NCBI GenBank assembly: GCA_017881075.1
Contig: JADGRH010000006.1
Coordinates: forward strand, 117,666-181,665
DNA length: 64,000 nt
Direction of reading: 5' to 3'
Source of the DNA: Minisyncoccota bacterium
GTDB taxonomy: Bacteria; Patescibacteriota; Minisyncoccia; Phycocordibacterales; CAJBRS01
The first letter of the stretch is position 1; each line of letters opens with the position of its first letter. Below, piece by piece: positions 56,340 to 64,000 of the stretch. The position numbers and the translations under genes were made by a program. The notes under the pieces were generated by a model that saw only the letters and a program-made list of their open reading frames with translations, made no database searches and was not told the origin of the DNA.

Positions 56340-56935
56340 ATTACTTTATCGAATCTCTCTTCCACTTTCTGCCAGTTGAGATTCTCAAAAAAAGCTTCAA
56401 TATATTTTTTCTTTTCCGACGGCGCATAATCCAACATGTAGGAATGTTCCCACATATCAAGGCCAAGAATGAATCGGAGGGAAGTAAGATGCCCCAAATG
56501 TTGTTCCTCCACCCAGGTATTGAGAAGTTTGCCGGTTCGTGAATCCAAGTAAAGAACTGCCCAGCCAATTCCTCGTGTCATAGCGACAGCCTTAAATTGA
56601 GAAAGCCAAGTTTCGAAACTGCCATACTGATCAACGATGCTTTTATAAAAAGTTCCGGCAGCGCTTGCCTCAATCGCCGATCCCTCAAACTGTTCAAAGT
56701 AGTATTCATGATTTCTCATTCCGTCGAACTCAAAGCCGAAGCGACGTTGTAGCTCACCCATAACGTAAGTATTTTTCTCTGTGTCGATAGAATACTCCTT
56801 AAGTTTTTCTCGGATGAGATTAGTGTGTTTGACGTACCCAGTGTAGAGCTTAAGGTGCTCCTCAATGGTCTTTTTCGAAATCCCCTTTAATTCCGGAATA
56901 TTAAATTTTTGCTCAACATAATTTTCTGGAGGCAT
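56336..56935 (-). CDS. sodA: Fe/Mn superoxide dismutase
   Basis: DMWEHSYMLDY plus N-terminal His motifs. Confidence 0.85.
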   Translation of the reverse strand: MPPENYVEQKFNIPELKGISKKTIEEHLKLYTGYVKHTNLIREKLKEYSIDTEKNTYVMGELQRRFGFEFDGMRNHEYYFEQFEGSAIEASAAGTFYKSIVDQYGSFETWLSQFKAVAMTRGIGWAVLYLDSRTGKLLNTWVEEQHLGHLTSLRFILGLDMWEHSYMLDYAPSEKKKYIEAFFENLNWQKVEERFDKVI

Positions 56936-57002
56936 AGTTTTTATATTAAATTAATAATAATTTCATCTCACATGTTTATAATATCAGATTCTGTCTGATC
57001 TG

Positions 57003-57091
57003 GTGCCCACTCGCATGCCTCCGTTCGACGTTCTTTCGGAAACCTCAAGAAGTCGCCCAGAGTCAAGCTCGCAACACCTCGGCCTTTAAGT
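57003..57091 (+). repeat. left copy of ~85-bp inverted repeat (~95% identical to 59064-59148 rc)
   Basis: Aligned by eye; the central ~70 nt are identical. Confidence 0.85.
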
Positions 57092-57147
57092 GATAAATTA
57101 TGTATTAATCACTTCACCAACGCACTAATATTATAGACGTTTCAAAC

Positions 57148-58014
57148 ATGAAATATTTCAAAACACATTTTTCTCTCGTTTTAATTGGTTTCTTAGTGCT
57201 ACTAAATTCAGCCATTTGGTACGCCACGATCTGGGAAGACCACGGCAATGTCTTAAAAGTGGCCTTTTTGAACATTGGCCAAGGCGACTCAATTTTCATT
57301 GAGTCGCCAAACGGCAACAAGATAATGATCGATGGCGGGCCGGTGGGGAATAAGACTGAAAGTGAGCTCGCCAAACAATTACCATTTTATGATCGTCATC
57401 TTGACTTGATCATACTGACTCATCCCGATGCCGATCATGTTGTTGGTTTCCAATCAATTTTAAATGATTACAAAGTAGATAAAGTAATGGAGCCTGGCTC
57501 AAACACTGATACGGCAACTTATAAAAAAATTGAGGAAACAATAACAACTGAAAAAATTCCTAAGACTCTGGCTCGGAGGGGAATGCGAATCGTTTTAGAT
57601 CAAAAGCGAAAAATATATCTAACCATTCTCTTTCCGGATCGCGATCCTGCAACCTGGGATACAAACACGAGCTCAATTGTGGCGCGACTCACGTATGGTC
57701 ACGATTCTTTTCTTTTTCAAGGAGATTCGCCTCAGGTAATTGAGAATTATCTCGTTTCAATTGACGGAACTACTCTCAAAAGTGATGTCTTGAAAGCTGG
57801 TCATCATGGTTCTAAGACATCCACCAGCGATTTATATGTTCAAACTGTTCAGCCAACCTACACTATTATCTCGGCCGGTCTGAACAATCGCTATGGTTTT
57901 CCTCATCAACAAACGATTGATATCTTAAATAAATATCACACTAAAATATTAAAGACCTACGAAATGGGGACGATAGTGATGAGGTCCGATGGGGAGAAAA
58001 TTTCAGTTAAATAA
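57148..58014 (+). CDS. MBL-fold metallo-hydrolase (ComEC C-terminal lactamase_B-like domain encoded separately)
   Basis: ILTHPDADHVVGF... GHHGSKTSTS. Signal/TM at the N-terminus. Confidence 0.75.
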   Translation: MKYFKTHFSLVLIGFLVLLNSAIWYATIWEDHGNVLKVAFLNIGQGDSIFIESPNGNKIMIDGGPVGNKTESELAKQLPFYDRHLDLIILTHPDADHVVGFQSILNDYKVDKVMEPGSNTDTATYKKIEETITTEKIPKTLARRGMRIVLDQKRKIYLTILFPDRDPATWDTNTSSIVARLTYGHDSFLFQGDSPQVIENYLVSIDGTTLKSDVLKAGHHGSKTSTSDLYVQTVQPTYTIISAGLNNRYGFPHQQTIDILNKYHTKILKTYEMGTIVMRSDGEKISVK

Positions 58015-58249
58015 CCCCCGCCTTCTTTAGGGTGGCGTAGGCGCCGTTCTTCTGGATGGTTTTGATAGCTTTAGTTGAAAGGGTGATGCTTACGAATTTT
58101 TTCAATTCAGGAATGTAGATTCTTTTCTTCTGGAGATTCGGATATTTACGCACTTTTCCGGTAGGGTTAAACTGCGTCGCTCGAGTGCGATTGCTGTAAC
58201 CTCCGGCCATCCGGGAACCCACCTTTGTAATTGCGCAAACTTTTGCCAT
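58007..58249 (-). CDS. rpmB: 50S ribosomal protein L28
   Basis: MAKVCAITKVGSRMAGGYSNRTRATQ. Confidence 0.85.
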   Translation of the reverse strand: MAKVCAITKVGSRMAGGYSNRTRATQFNPTGKVRKYPNLQKKRIYIPELKKFVSITLSTKAIKTIQKNGAYATLKKAGVI

Positions 58250-58290
58250 AAGATTTTCATGCTACCATATTAAATATATATTTAGCAAAC

Positions 58291-58908
58291 ATGGATCCCA
58301 CCTCATTAATTTTTTCGATAATAATTCTGCTCCTATCCGTAATAATTCACGAGGTCTCACATGGCTATGCGGCTGAAGCTTTGGGCGATCCGACGGCGCG
58401 ATATGCTGGCAGATTAACCATGAACCCTATTCCACATCTTGATCTTTTCGGCTCAATTCTTTTACCTTTCCTTCTTGTCATTACCGGATCGCCATTTCTC
58501 ATTGGTTGGGCTAAACCCGTACCATACAATCCATACAATTTACGCAATCAACGCTGGGGAGAGGCAATTGTTGCTGGCGCTGGTCCGGCTGTTAATATCA
58601 TCATTGCTCTTTTCTTTGGCTTGATTCTCCGCTTTGCCACCCTCTCCCTTTCCGCGTCGCTTGTTAGTATTATGAGCACCATTGTTATCATCAACATTCT
58701 CCTCGCCGTTTTTAATCTTGTTCCTATTCCTCCCCTCGATGGTTCTAAGATTCTTTTTTCCATTTTGCCGTATGGCGCTCGAGGCATCCGCTTCGGCCTC
58801 GAGCGCTACGGCTTTGTTCTCGTCCTGATCTTTGTTTTCTTCTTATGGCAATACGTTTCGCCAGTAATTTTCCATATCTTTTCTTTTATTACGGGGATCC
58901 AGGGGTAG
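58291..58908 (+). CDS. site-2 protease (peptidase M50) family membrane metalloprotease
   Basis: HEVSHGYAA (HExxH) and NLVPIPPLDGSKIL. Confidence 0.65.
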   Translation: MDPTSLIFSIIILLLSVIIHEVSHGYAAEALGDPTARYAGRLTMNPIPHLDLFGSILLPFLLVITGSPFLIGWAKPVPYNPYNLRNQRWGEAIVAGAGPAVNIIIALFFGLILRFATLSLSASLVSIMSTIVIINILLAVFNLVPIPPLDGSKILFSILPYGARGIRFGLERYGFVLVLIFVFFLWQYVSPVIFHIFSFITGIQG

Positions 58909-59063
58909 TCAGCCTCCAGCCGCATTAGTATTTCTTGCCTGCGGTGCGACGCTCTGGAAAAGGCAATTCTAGCAGTACTTTCGCTATCCTCGGCAGCGAA
59001 ATACTAATGCGACTTCCGGCTTCCTTTCCACATCAGTGATAGTGATAGGTAATAAAAATGTAA

Positions 59064-59148
59064 CTTAAAGGACGAGGTGTTGCGAGCTTGACTCTGGGCG
59101 ACTTCTTGAGGTTTCCGAAAGAACGTCGAACGGAGGCATGCGAGCGGA
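59064..59148 (-). repeat. right copy of ~85-bp inverted repeat
   Basis: See the left copy at 57003-57091. Confidence 0.85.
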
Positions 59149-59232
59149 CACGATCTGTATTTACAAGGTTGCATTTTCTGCTTCTCTGTATTACATTATT
59201 ACCTACGCCACGAGGCGCATTTTCATTAAGAA

Positions 59233-59646
59233 ATGCCAACAATCAACCAACTAATCAAACGAAAAAGAACCAAACCGGTCCGCAAAGTGCGAGCGGTCGC
59301 TTTGACGCGCACATTTAATACTTTGGAAAATCGACCCGGCTACAACCCATCTCCATTCAAACGAGGTGTCTGTACTAAAGTGACGACCAAGACTCCGAAA
59401 AAGCCAAACTCCGCTATTCGAAAGATTGCTAGAGTACGACTCACTAACGGCCTGGAAGTGACGGCTTACATTCCCGGCGAAGGTCACAACTTGCAGGAAC
59501 ACTCCGTAGTCTTGCTTCGCTCCGGAAAAGTAAAAGACATCGGCGTACGCTACACCATCGTTCGCGGAGTACTCGATGCTACCGGTGTGGAAAAAAGACG
59601 AAAGGTTCGCAGTATGTATGGGACAAAGAAACCTAAAAAATCATAA
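59233..59646 (+). CDS. rpsL: 30S ribosomal protein S12
   Basis: [12 protein letters not shown]... Confidence 0.95.
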   Translation: MPTINQLIKRKRTKPVRKVRAVALTRTFNTLENRPGYNPSPFKRGVCTKVTTKTPKKPNSAIRKIARVRLTNGLEVTAYIPGEGHNLQEHSVVLLRSGKVKDIGVRYTIVRGVLDATGVEKRRKVRSMYGTKKPKKS

Positions 59647-59651
59647 TCTAA

Positions 59652-60122
59652 ATGCGAAGAAAAGTAAGAAATAGAAATATCGTTGGTCCGGATCCAACTT
59701 ATGAATCAGAGAAAGTCTCTAAGTTCATCAACTATTGCATGGAAAGAGGGAAGAAGAATGCCGCTCGTAAAGTAGTCTACGGCGCCATGGAAGCCATCAA
59801 AGAAAAGACTAAAACTGAGAATCCTATGGAAGTTTTTGACACTGCTCTAAAAAACACTGCTCCACAAATGGAAGTGCGATCTCGACGAGTGGGAGGCGCG
59901 AACTATCAAGTGCCACGGGAAGTGCGACCTGAAAGACGACAACAGCTCTCCATGCGATGGATTATTGATGCCGCCCGATCTAAAAAAGGCCAACCAATGC
60001 ATCTCAAATTAGCCGATGAATTGATTGCTGCCTCCAAAAACGAAGGCGAAGCTGTCAAGAAACGCGAAAATACTCACAAGATGGCCGAGGCCAACAAGGC
60101 TTTTGCCCATTTTGCGTGGTAA
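59652..60122 (+). CDS. rpsG: 30S ribosomal protein S7
   Basis: MRRKVRNRNIV... Confidence 0.95.
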   Translation: MRRKVRNRNIVGPDPTYESEKVSKFINYCMERGKKNAARKVVYGAMEAIKEKTKTENPMEVFDTALKNTAPQMEVRSRRVGGANYQVPREVRPERRQQLSMRWIIDAARSKKGQPMHLKLADELIAASKNEGEAVKKRENTHKMAEANKAFAHFAW

Positions 60123-60182
60123 TTTTCGCTTATTGATAAATATCGTCCAAAAAAGATCAAAAGCCAAGTAATTTAGTAAATT

Positions 60183-60201
60183 ATCGAAGTCAGACTTCGT
60201 T
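60183..60201. repeat. palindrome family member: ATCGAAGTC-A-GACTTCGTT
   Basis: Lies between rpsG and the inserted gene. Confidence 0.8.
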
Positions 60202-60230
60202 AAATCTAGAATGTGTGGTATTGTGTAGCC

Positions 60231-60974
60231 ATGAAATCCACCCAAAAAGGCTTTATTATTCCACTTCTCGTCGCTATCATTGCTGTTCTTGCTATTGGTG
60301 GCGGGATATATGTCTATAGCCAGCATCAGAAGATTGCAGAGCAACAGGCGGAATTGAATACTAACGCAACGCTTAACACCGATAATAGCGGCCCAGTACC
60401 GACGTTGAGGAATTATGATAATTCAACAACTACGATTACTACAAGTGCTTCTACTAACACTTCGGTAAATGGATCTGCGAATGTTAATTCAAATCCACCT
60501 CCTCCCGTGGCTGACACAGATGAAAGTATCTTTAATCGTGTTCGGTTTACTTTACCATCATTCAATAATCCAAATATAACAAATAGTTTTAATTTCAGTG
60601 ATGAGGTGAATTATGATGGGCGTACTATAAAAATTGCTCGTCCAGAGAATGGTAGCGCATATACACTTAACAGGTTTATCATTGATATGAAATCGGCAAA
60701 AGCAGTTACTGAGATTAGATTAAATGGCGGCGCTACGGCAGGTATGGATTATCTTGTGCTGGTGTCAGATCTCGGCTCTGTTCCTAAACAAATTGCGTAT
60801 AAAATGATTTCTGCTGGTTATTCTGTGAGGGTAAATTCAATGAATTTTGCTGACGATGTTGTCACAGTGAATGTGACAATAGTTGCTCCCAACGGAAATG
60901 GCGTAGCTGGTCCTTTCGAGACCAAAAATTGGAAATTTTCTACCAAAAATAATACTATCATTCAAATACAATAG
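60231..60974 (+). CDS. hypothetical N-terminally anchored protein inserted between rpsG and fusA
   Basis: TM helix FIIPLLVAIIAVLAIGGG. N/S/T-rich region. Start could alternatively be 60213. Confidence 0.5.
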   Translation: MKSTQKGFIIPLLVAIIAVLAIGGGIYVYSQHQKIAEQQAELNTNATLNTDNSGPVPTLRNYDNSTTTITTSASTNTSVNGSANVNSNPPPPVADTDESIFNRVRFTLPSFNNPNITNSFNFSDEVNYDGRTIKIARPENGSAYTLNRFIIDMKSAKAVTEIRLNGGATAGMDYLVLVSDLGSVPKQIAYKMISAGYSVRVNSMNFADDVVTVNVTIVAPNGNGVAGPFETKNWKFSTKNNTIIQIQ

Positions 60975-61046
60975 TTAGTTTGCCAACCTTCCAGATAAAT
61001 GCTATTTTATTCTCACGGCTCGAGGAGTCGTTTTATTTAACTTTTT

Positions 61047-63188
61047 ATGAACAGAGATTATCCATTAGAAAGAGTCCGAAATTTCGGAATTATAGCCCAC
61101 ATCGACGCCGGAAAGACCACTACTTCCGAGCGTATTCTCTTTTACACCGGTGAATCGCATAAGATCGGCGAGGTGCATGAGGGAAATACTATCACCGACT
61201 GGATGGAACAGGAGCGTGAACGAGGAATTACTATTACCGCCGCCGCTATCACTTGTTTCTGGAATCCGACTTACATGGGCGCGGATGTTTCGCTCAAGAA
61301 CCGTTTTAATATTATTGACACCCCCGGCCACATCGATTTCACCGCCGAAGTGAAGCGATCACTGCGAGTCCTCGACGGCGCCGTCGTTGTTTTTGATGGC
61401 GTAGCTGGTGTAGAGCCTCAATCCGAGACTAACTGGCGATATGCCGACGACGGAAACGTGCCTCGTATCTGTTTCATCAATAAGCTTGATCGTATTGGTG
61501 GCAGTTTTGAACGCTCATTTCAGTCAATCCTTGATCGGCTGACCAAGAACGCTATTCGTATGCAGATCCCGATGGGAGTGGAAGATAAATTCGAAGGGGT
61601 GATTGATCTCCTGAAAATGAAGGCCTACTATTTTGAAGGCACAATGGGTATTCAGATCCGCGAAGCGGAAATCCCGCCTGAATATTTGGAAGAAGCGAAA
61701 AAATACCGTCACGAATTAATTGAAAAGATTGTTGAGCAAGACGATATTCTTATGAGTGCCTATCTCGAAGGAAAGGAGCCATCGTATGAGGATCTGAAAA
61801 AAACCTTGCGTAAAGCCACTATTGAGGTGAAGCTCGTTCCTGTTTTCACTGGTTCTGCCCTGAAGAACAAGGGGGTGCAACTTATCTTGGATGCCGTCGT
61901 TGATTATCTGCCATCGCCACTTGATATTCCGCCGGTTCGAGGTATTGATCCAAAAACAGGCGATGAAATGTTTCGCAAAGCTTCGGATGAAGAACCTTTT
62001 GCCGCACTTGCTTTCAAACTGCAATCCGATCCGTTTGTCGGCCAGCTAACATTCTTTCGTGTTTATTCCGGAACGATTGAAGCTGGTTCATATATTTATA
62101 ATGCAACTACCGGTGATAAAGAACGGCTCGGACGAATCGTGCGTCTGCAAGCTGATAAGCGTGAAGAGGTGAAGAAGGTCTTTTCCGGAGAGATTGCCGC
62201 CGCCGTTGGATTAAAAAGTGCTAGAACTTCCCATACTTTTTGTGACGAGAACAATCCAATCATCATTGATCCTATTAAATTCGTGGATCCGGTAGTATCG
62301 CTTCGCATTGAACCAAAGACTAAGGCGGATCAGGAAAAGATGGGCATGGCCATGAAGAAACTTTCGGATGAAGATCCTACTTTTAAAGTAAGCACCAATA
62401 CCGAGACGATGGAGACGATTATTTCCGGTATGGGCGAGCTTCATTTGGAAATTATGATTGATAGAATGAAGCGGGAATTCGGTGTGGAAGCTAATGTCGG
62501 TAAGCCGCAAGTAGCTTACAGAGAAACTATTACCGGCACGGCAGAAGCGGAACATAAATACATCAAACAATCCGGAGGAAAAGGTCAGTATGGTCACGTT
62601 AAGATCATTTTGAAACCGATGGAGCCAGTTGAAGAAGGAAAGAAAATTCCCAAAAATGTCAGCCGATATGACGATTTTGAATTCATTAACAGTATTAAAG
62701 GAGGAGTTATTCCGATTGAATTTATTCCAGCTGTGGAGAAAGGAGTGCGTGAAGCGATGGAGAGGGGAATCGTGGCCGGATTCAAGATGGTAAATGTTTC
62801 TTGCGATCTTATTTACGGCTCCTATCACGATGTGGACTCATCCGAAATTGCCTACAAAATTGCCGGCTCCCAAGCCTTTCAAGATGCTGCTAAGCGCGCA
62901 CGACCGGTAATTCTTGAACCAATTATGAAATTGGAAGTAATCGTTCCGGAAAAATTCATGGGCGACATTACCGGAAATCTCAATTCAAAACGAGCTCAAA
63001 TCGATGGTATGGAAGATCGTGGAATGTTAAAAGTCATCCGAGCAAGCGTTCCTCTTTCGGAAATGTTTGGCTACATCACCTCACTCCGCTCCATGACCGA
63101 AGGCCGCGGCTCGGCAAATATGGAATTTGATCACTATGAAGTTGTACCACCCCAAGTAGAAAAATCTATAGTTGAAGCGAGAAAATAA
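61047..63188 (+). CDS. fusA: elongation factor G
   Basis: AHIDAGKTT and DTPGHIDF. Confidence 0.95.
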   Translation: MNRDYPLERVRNFGIIAHIDAGKTTTSERILFYTGESHKIGEVHEGNTITDWMEQERERGITITAAAITCFWNPTYMGADVSLKNRFNIIDTPGHIDFTAEVKRSLRVLDGAVVVFDGVAGVEPQSETNWRYADDGNVPRICFINKLDRIGGSFERSFQSILDRLTKNAIRMQIPMGVEDKFEGVIDLLKMKAYYFEGTMGIQIREAEIPPEYLEEAKKYRHELIEKIVEQDDILMSAYLEGKEPSYEDLKKTLRKATIEVKLVPVFTGSALKNKGVQLILDAVVDYLPSPLDIPPVRGIDPKTGDEMFRKASDEEPFAALAFKLQSDPFVGQLTFFRVYSGTIEAGSYIYNATTGDKERLGRIVRLQADKREEVKKVFSGEIAAAVGLKSARTSHTFCDENNPIIIDPIKFVDPVVSLRIEPKTKADQEKMGMAMKKLSDEDPTFKVSTNTETMETIISGMGELHLEIMIDRMKREFGVEANVGKPQVAYRETITGTAEAEHKYIKQSGGKGQYGHVKIILKPMEPVEEGKKIPKNVSRYDDFEFINSIKGGVIPIEFIPAVEKGVREAMERGIVAGFKMVNVSCDLIYGSYHDVDSSEIAYKIAGSQAFQDAAKRARPVILEPIMKLEVIVPEKFMGDITGNLNSKRAQIDGMEDRGMLKVIRASVPLSEMFGYITSLRSMTEGRGSANMEFDHYEVVPPQVEKSIVEARK

Positions 63189-63198
63189 AAAAGATAAA

Positions 63199-63226
63199 AG
63201 GGCGACCGCTACGCGGTCGCCCTTTT
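63199..63226 (+). terminator. rho-independent terminator GGGCGACCG-ctacg-CGGTCGCCC-TTTT
   Basis: Read from the sequence. Confidence 0.85.
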
Positions 63227-63333
63227 ATCTTTCCTTTAGCGAAAATTCATCTCGGATTAGTAGAATTACGGCAAATGATTGTCGATGTCATTTTGCCTTT
63301 GAGTTTACGTCTTTAATTGTGTATATTAATCAC

Positions 63334-63579
63334 ATGTCAAAAGAATTTGAATATAAAGTTGAATATGAAACCGATAAAGAGACCGGCCAGATCAGCGCTA
63401 CCATTCCGGAATTGAACTATCTATCCGATTACGGCGATACATTCGCCGAAGCGGAAGCCAACATTAAGGAGGCGGTAATAGGTTATCTGGAAGTCCTCCA
63501 GATGGAGAAGAGAGAAATTCCAAAGCCTGCCATAAGAAAAGAAGGCACTTATATAAAAATTTTGGTTCCAAGTCTATAA
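63334..63579 (+). CDS. hicB: HicB-like (UPF0150) antitoxin
   Basis: EYKVEYETDKETGQISATIPELNYLSDYGDTFAEAEANIKEAV. Start trimmed to MSKEF. Confidence 0.7.
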   Translation: MSKEFEYKVEYETDKETGQISATIPELNYLSDYGDTFAEAEANIKEAVIGYLEVLQMEKREIPKPAIRKEGTYIKILVPSL

Positions 63580-63806
63580 TGCCAAAACTCGGGCGGCTCT
63601 CCGCTCGCAAAGTGCTTCAGAAGCTGAAACGGGCTGGCTTTATTGAAACACATCAGCGCGGCAGCCATTTATATTTGAAGAGTGCTAACGGCGCTCGAAT
63701 TACGACTGTGCCGATTCATGGTTCAAAAGATATTGATATTGGAACACTTCATAATATTGTAGTAAAACAGGCGGGGTTGTCTGTGGAAGAATTTAATGAA
63801 TTATAG
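63579..63806 (+). CDS. hicA: HicA-like mRNA interferase toxin
   Basis: RKVLQKLKRAGFIETHQRGSHLYLK. TAATG overlap with hicB. Confidence 0.75.
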   Translation: MPKLGRLSARKVLQKLKRAGFIETHQRGSHLYLKSANGARITTVPIHGSKDIDIGTLHNIVVKQAGLSVEEFNEL

Positions 63807-63847
63807 AAATAGCCGAACTTGACTTCTATCTAAAAGGAGCTAATTTA

Positions 63848-64000
63848 ATGATAGAAATTGTCATTATGAAAATACCATTTTTGGCTGTTTTAGTGGTTCC
63901 CTTCGGCATCATTGTTTGGGACATGTTTTCGGCTCGGCTAATCGCTAAGTACCGTCCACGTTTTGATCTTGTTTTGGAGAAAGACAAGGACTACAAAGTG
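63848..64000 (+). CDS. partial CDS (N-terminus), membrane protein
   Basis: AAGGAG SD 8 nt upstream. Hydrophobic N-terminus. Runs off the window. Confidence 0.35.
   Translation, partial: MIEIVIMKIPFLAVLVVPFGIIVWDMFSARLIAKYRPRFDLVLEKDKDYKV

Noticed and set aside
59128-59244. 38-aa uORF starting at the GGAGGcAUG inside the right inverted repeat
   Set aside because: SD-AUG spacing is only 1 nt. The counterpart in the left copy terminates after 10 codons, so it is not conserved.

Overview
This 64 kb window looks like a low-GC (~40%) reduced genome, most likely Patescibacteria/CPR-like. That call is inferred from gene content, near-leaderless promoters and the type IV pilus + ComEC machinery. It carries mostly housekeeping genes: rsmA, pcrA, yifB/comM, dksA, pnp, rpsO, xerC/D, xth, cca, truD, hup, rny, clpP, rsmE, tig, ppa, nusA, tpiA, pgk, recJ, guaA, rnhA, sodA, rpmB, rpsL-rpsG-fusA and hicBA. 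There are four tRNAs: Arg-TCG, Gly-GCC, Pro-TGG and Gly-TCC. A type IV pilus cluster (pilB, pilC, three prepilin-like genes) is preceded by four secreted proteins. One of these carries a phage-tail-fibre type S74 autochaperone domain with no prophage context. The window opens with a tandem array of four secreted peptidoglycan-binding-module proteins with different C-terminal domains. Non-coding signals found are listed below.
- Two compositionally foreign GC-rich islands, at 24.1-25.5 kb (~60% GC) and 44.8-45.7 kb.
- A ~105-nt GC-rich repeat family in three copies, two of them inverted around nusA.
- A near-identical 85-bp inverted repeat pair flanking a 2-kb three-gene segment, placing the same element upstream of sodA and rpsL.
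- A recurrent perfect palindrome family (CGAAGTC-N-GACTTCG) with covarying flanks.
- An 11-bp-phased TGTCCT repeat set overlapping a consensus promoter, plus a matching palindromic operator.
No rRNA, CRISPR array, transposase or integrase was recognised.
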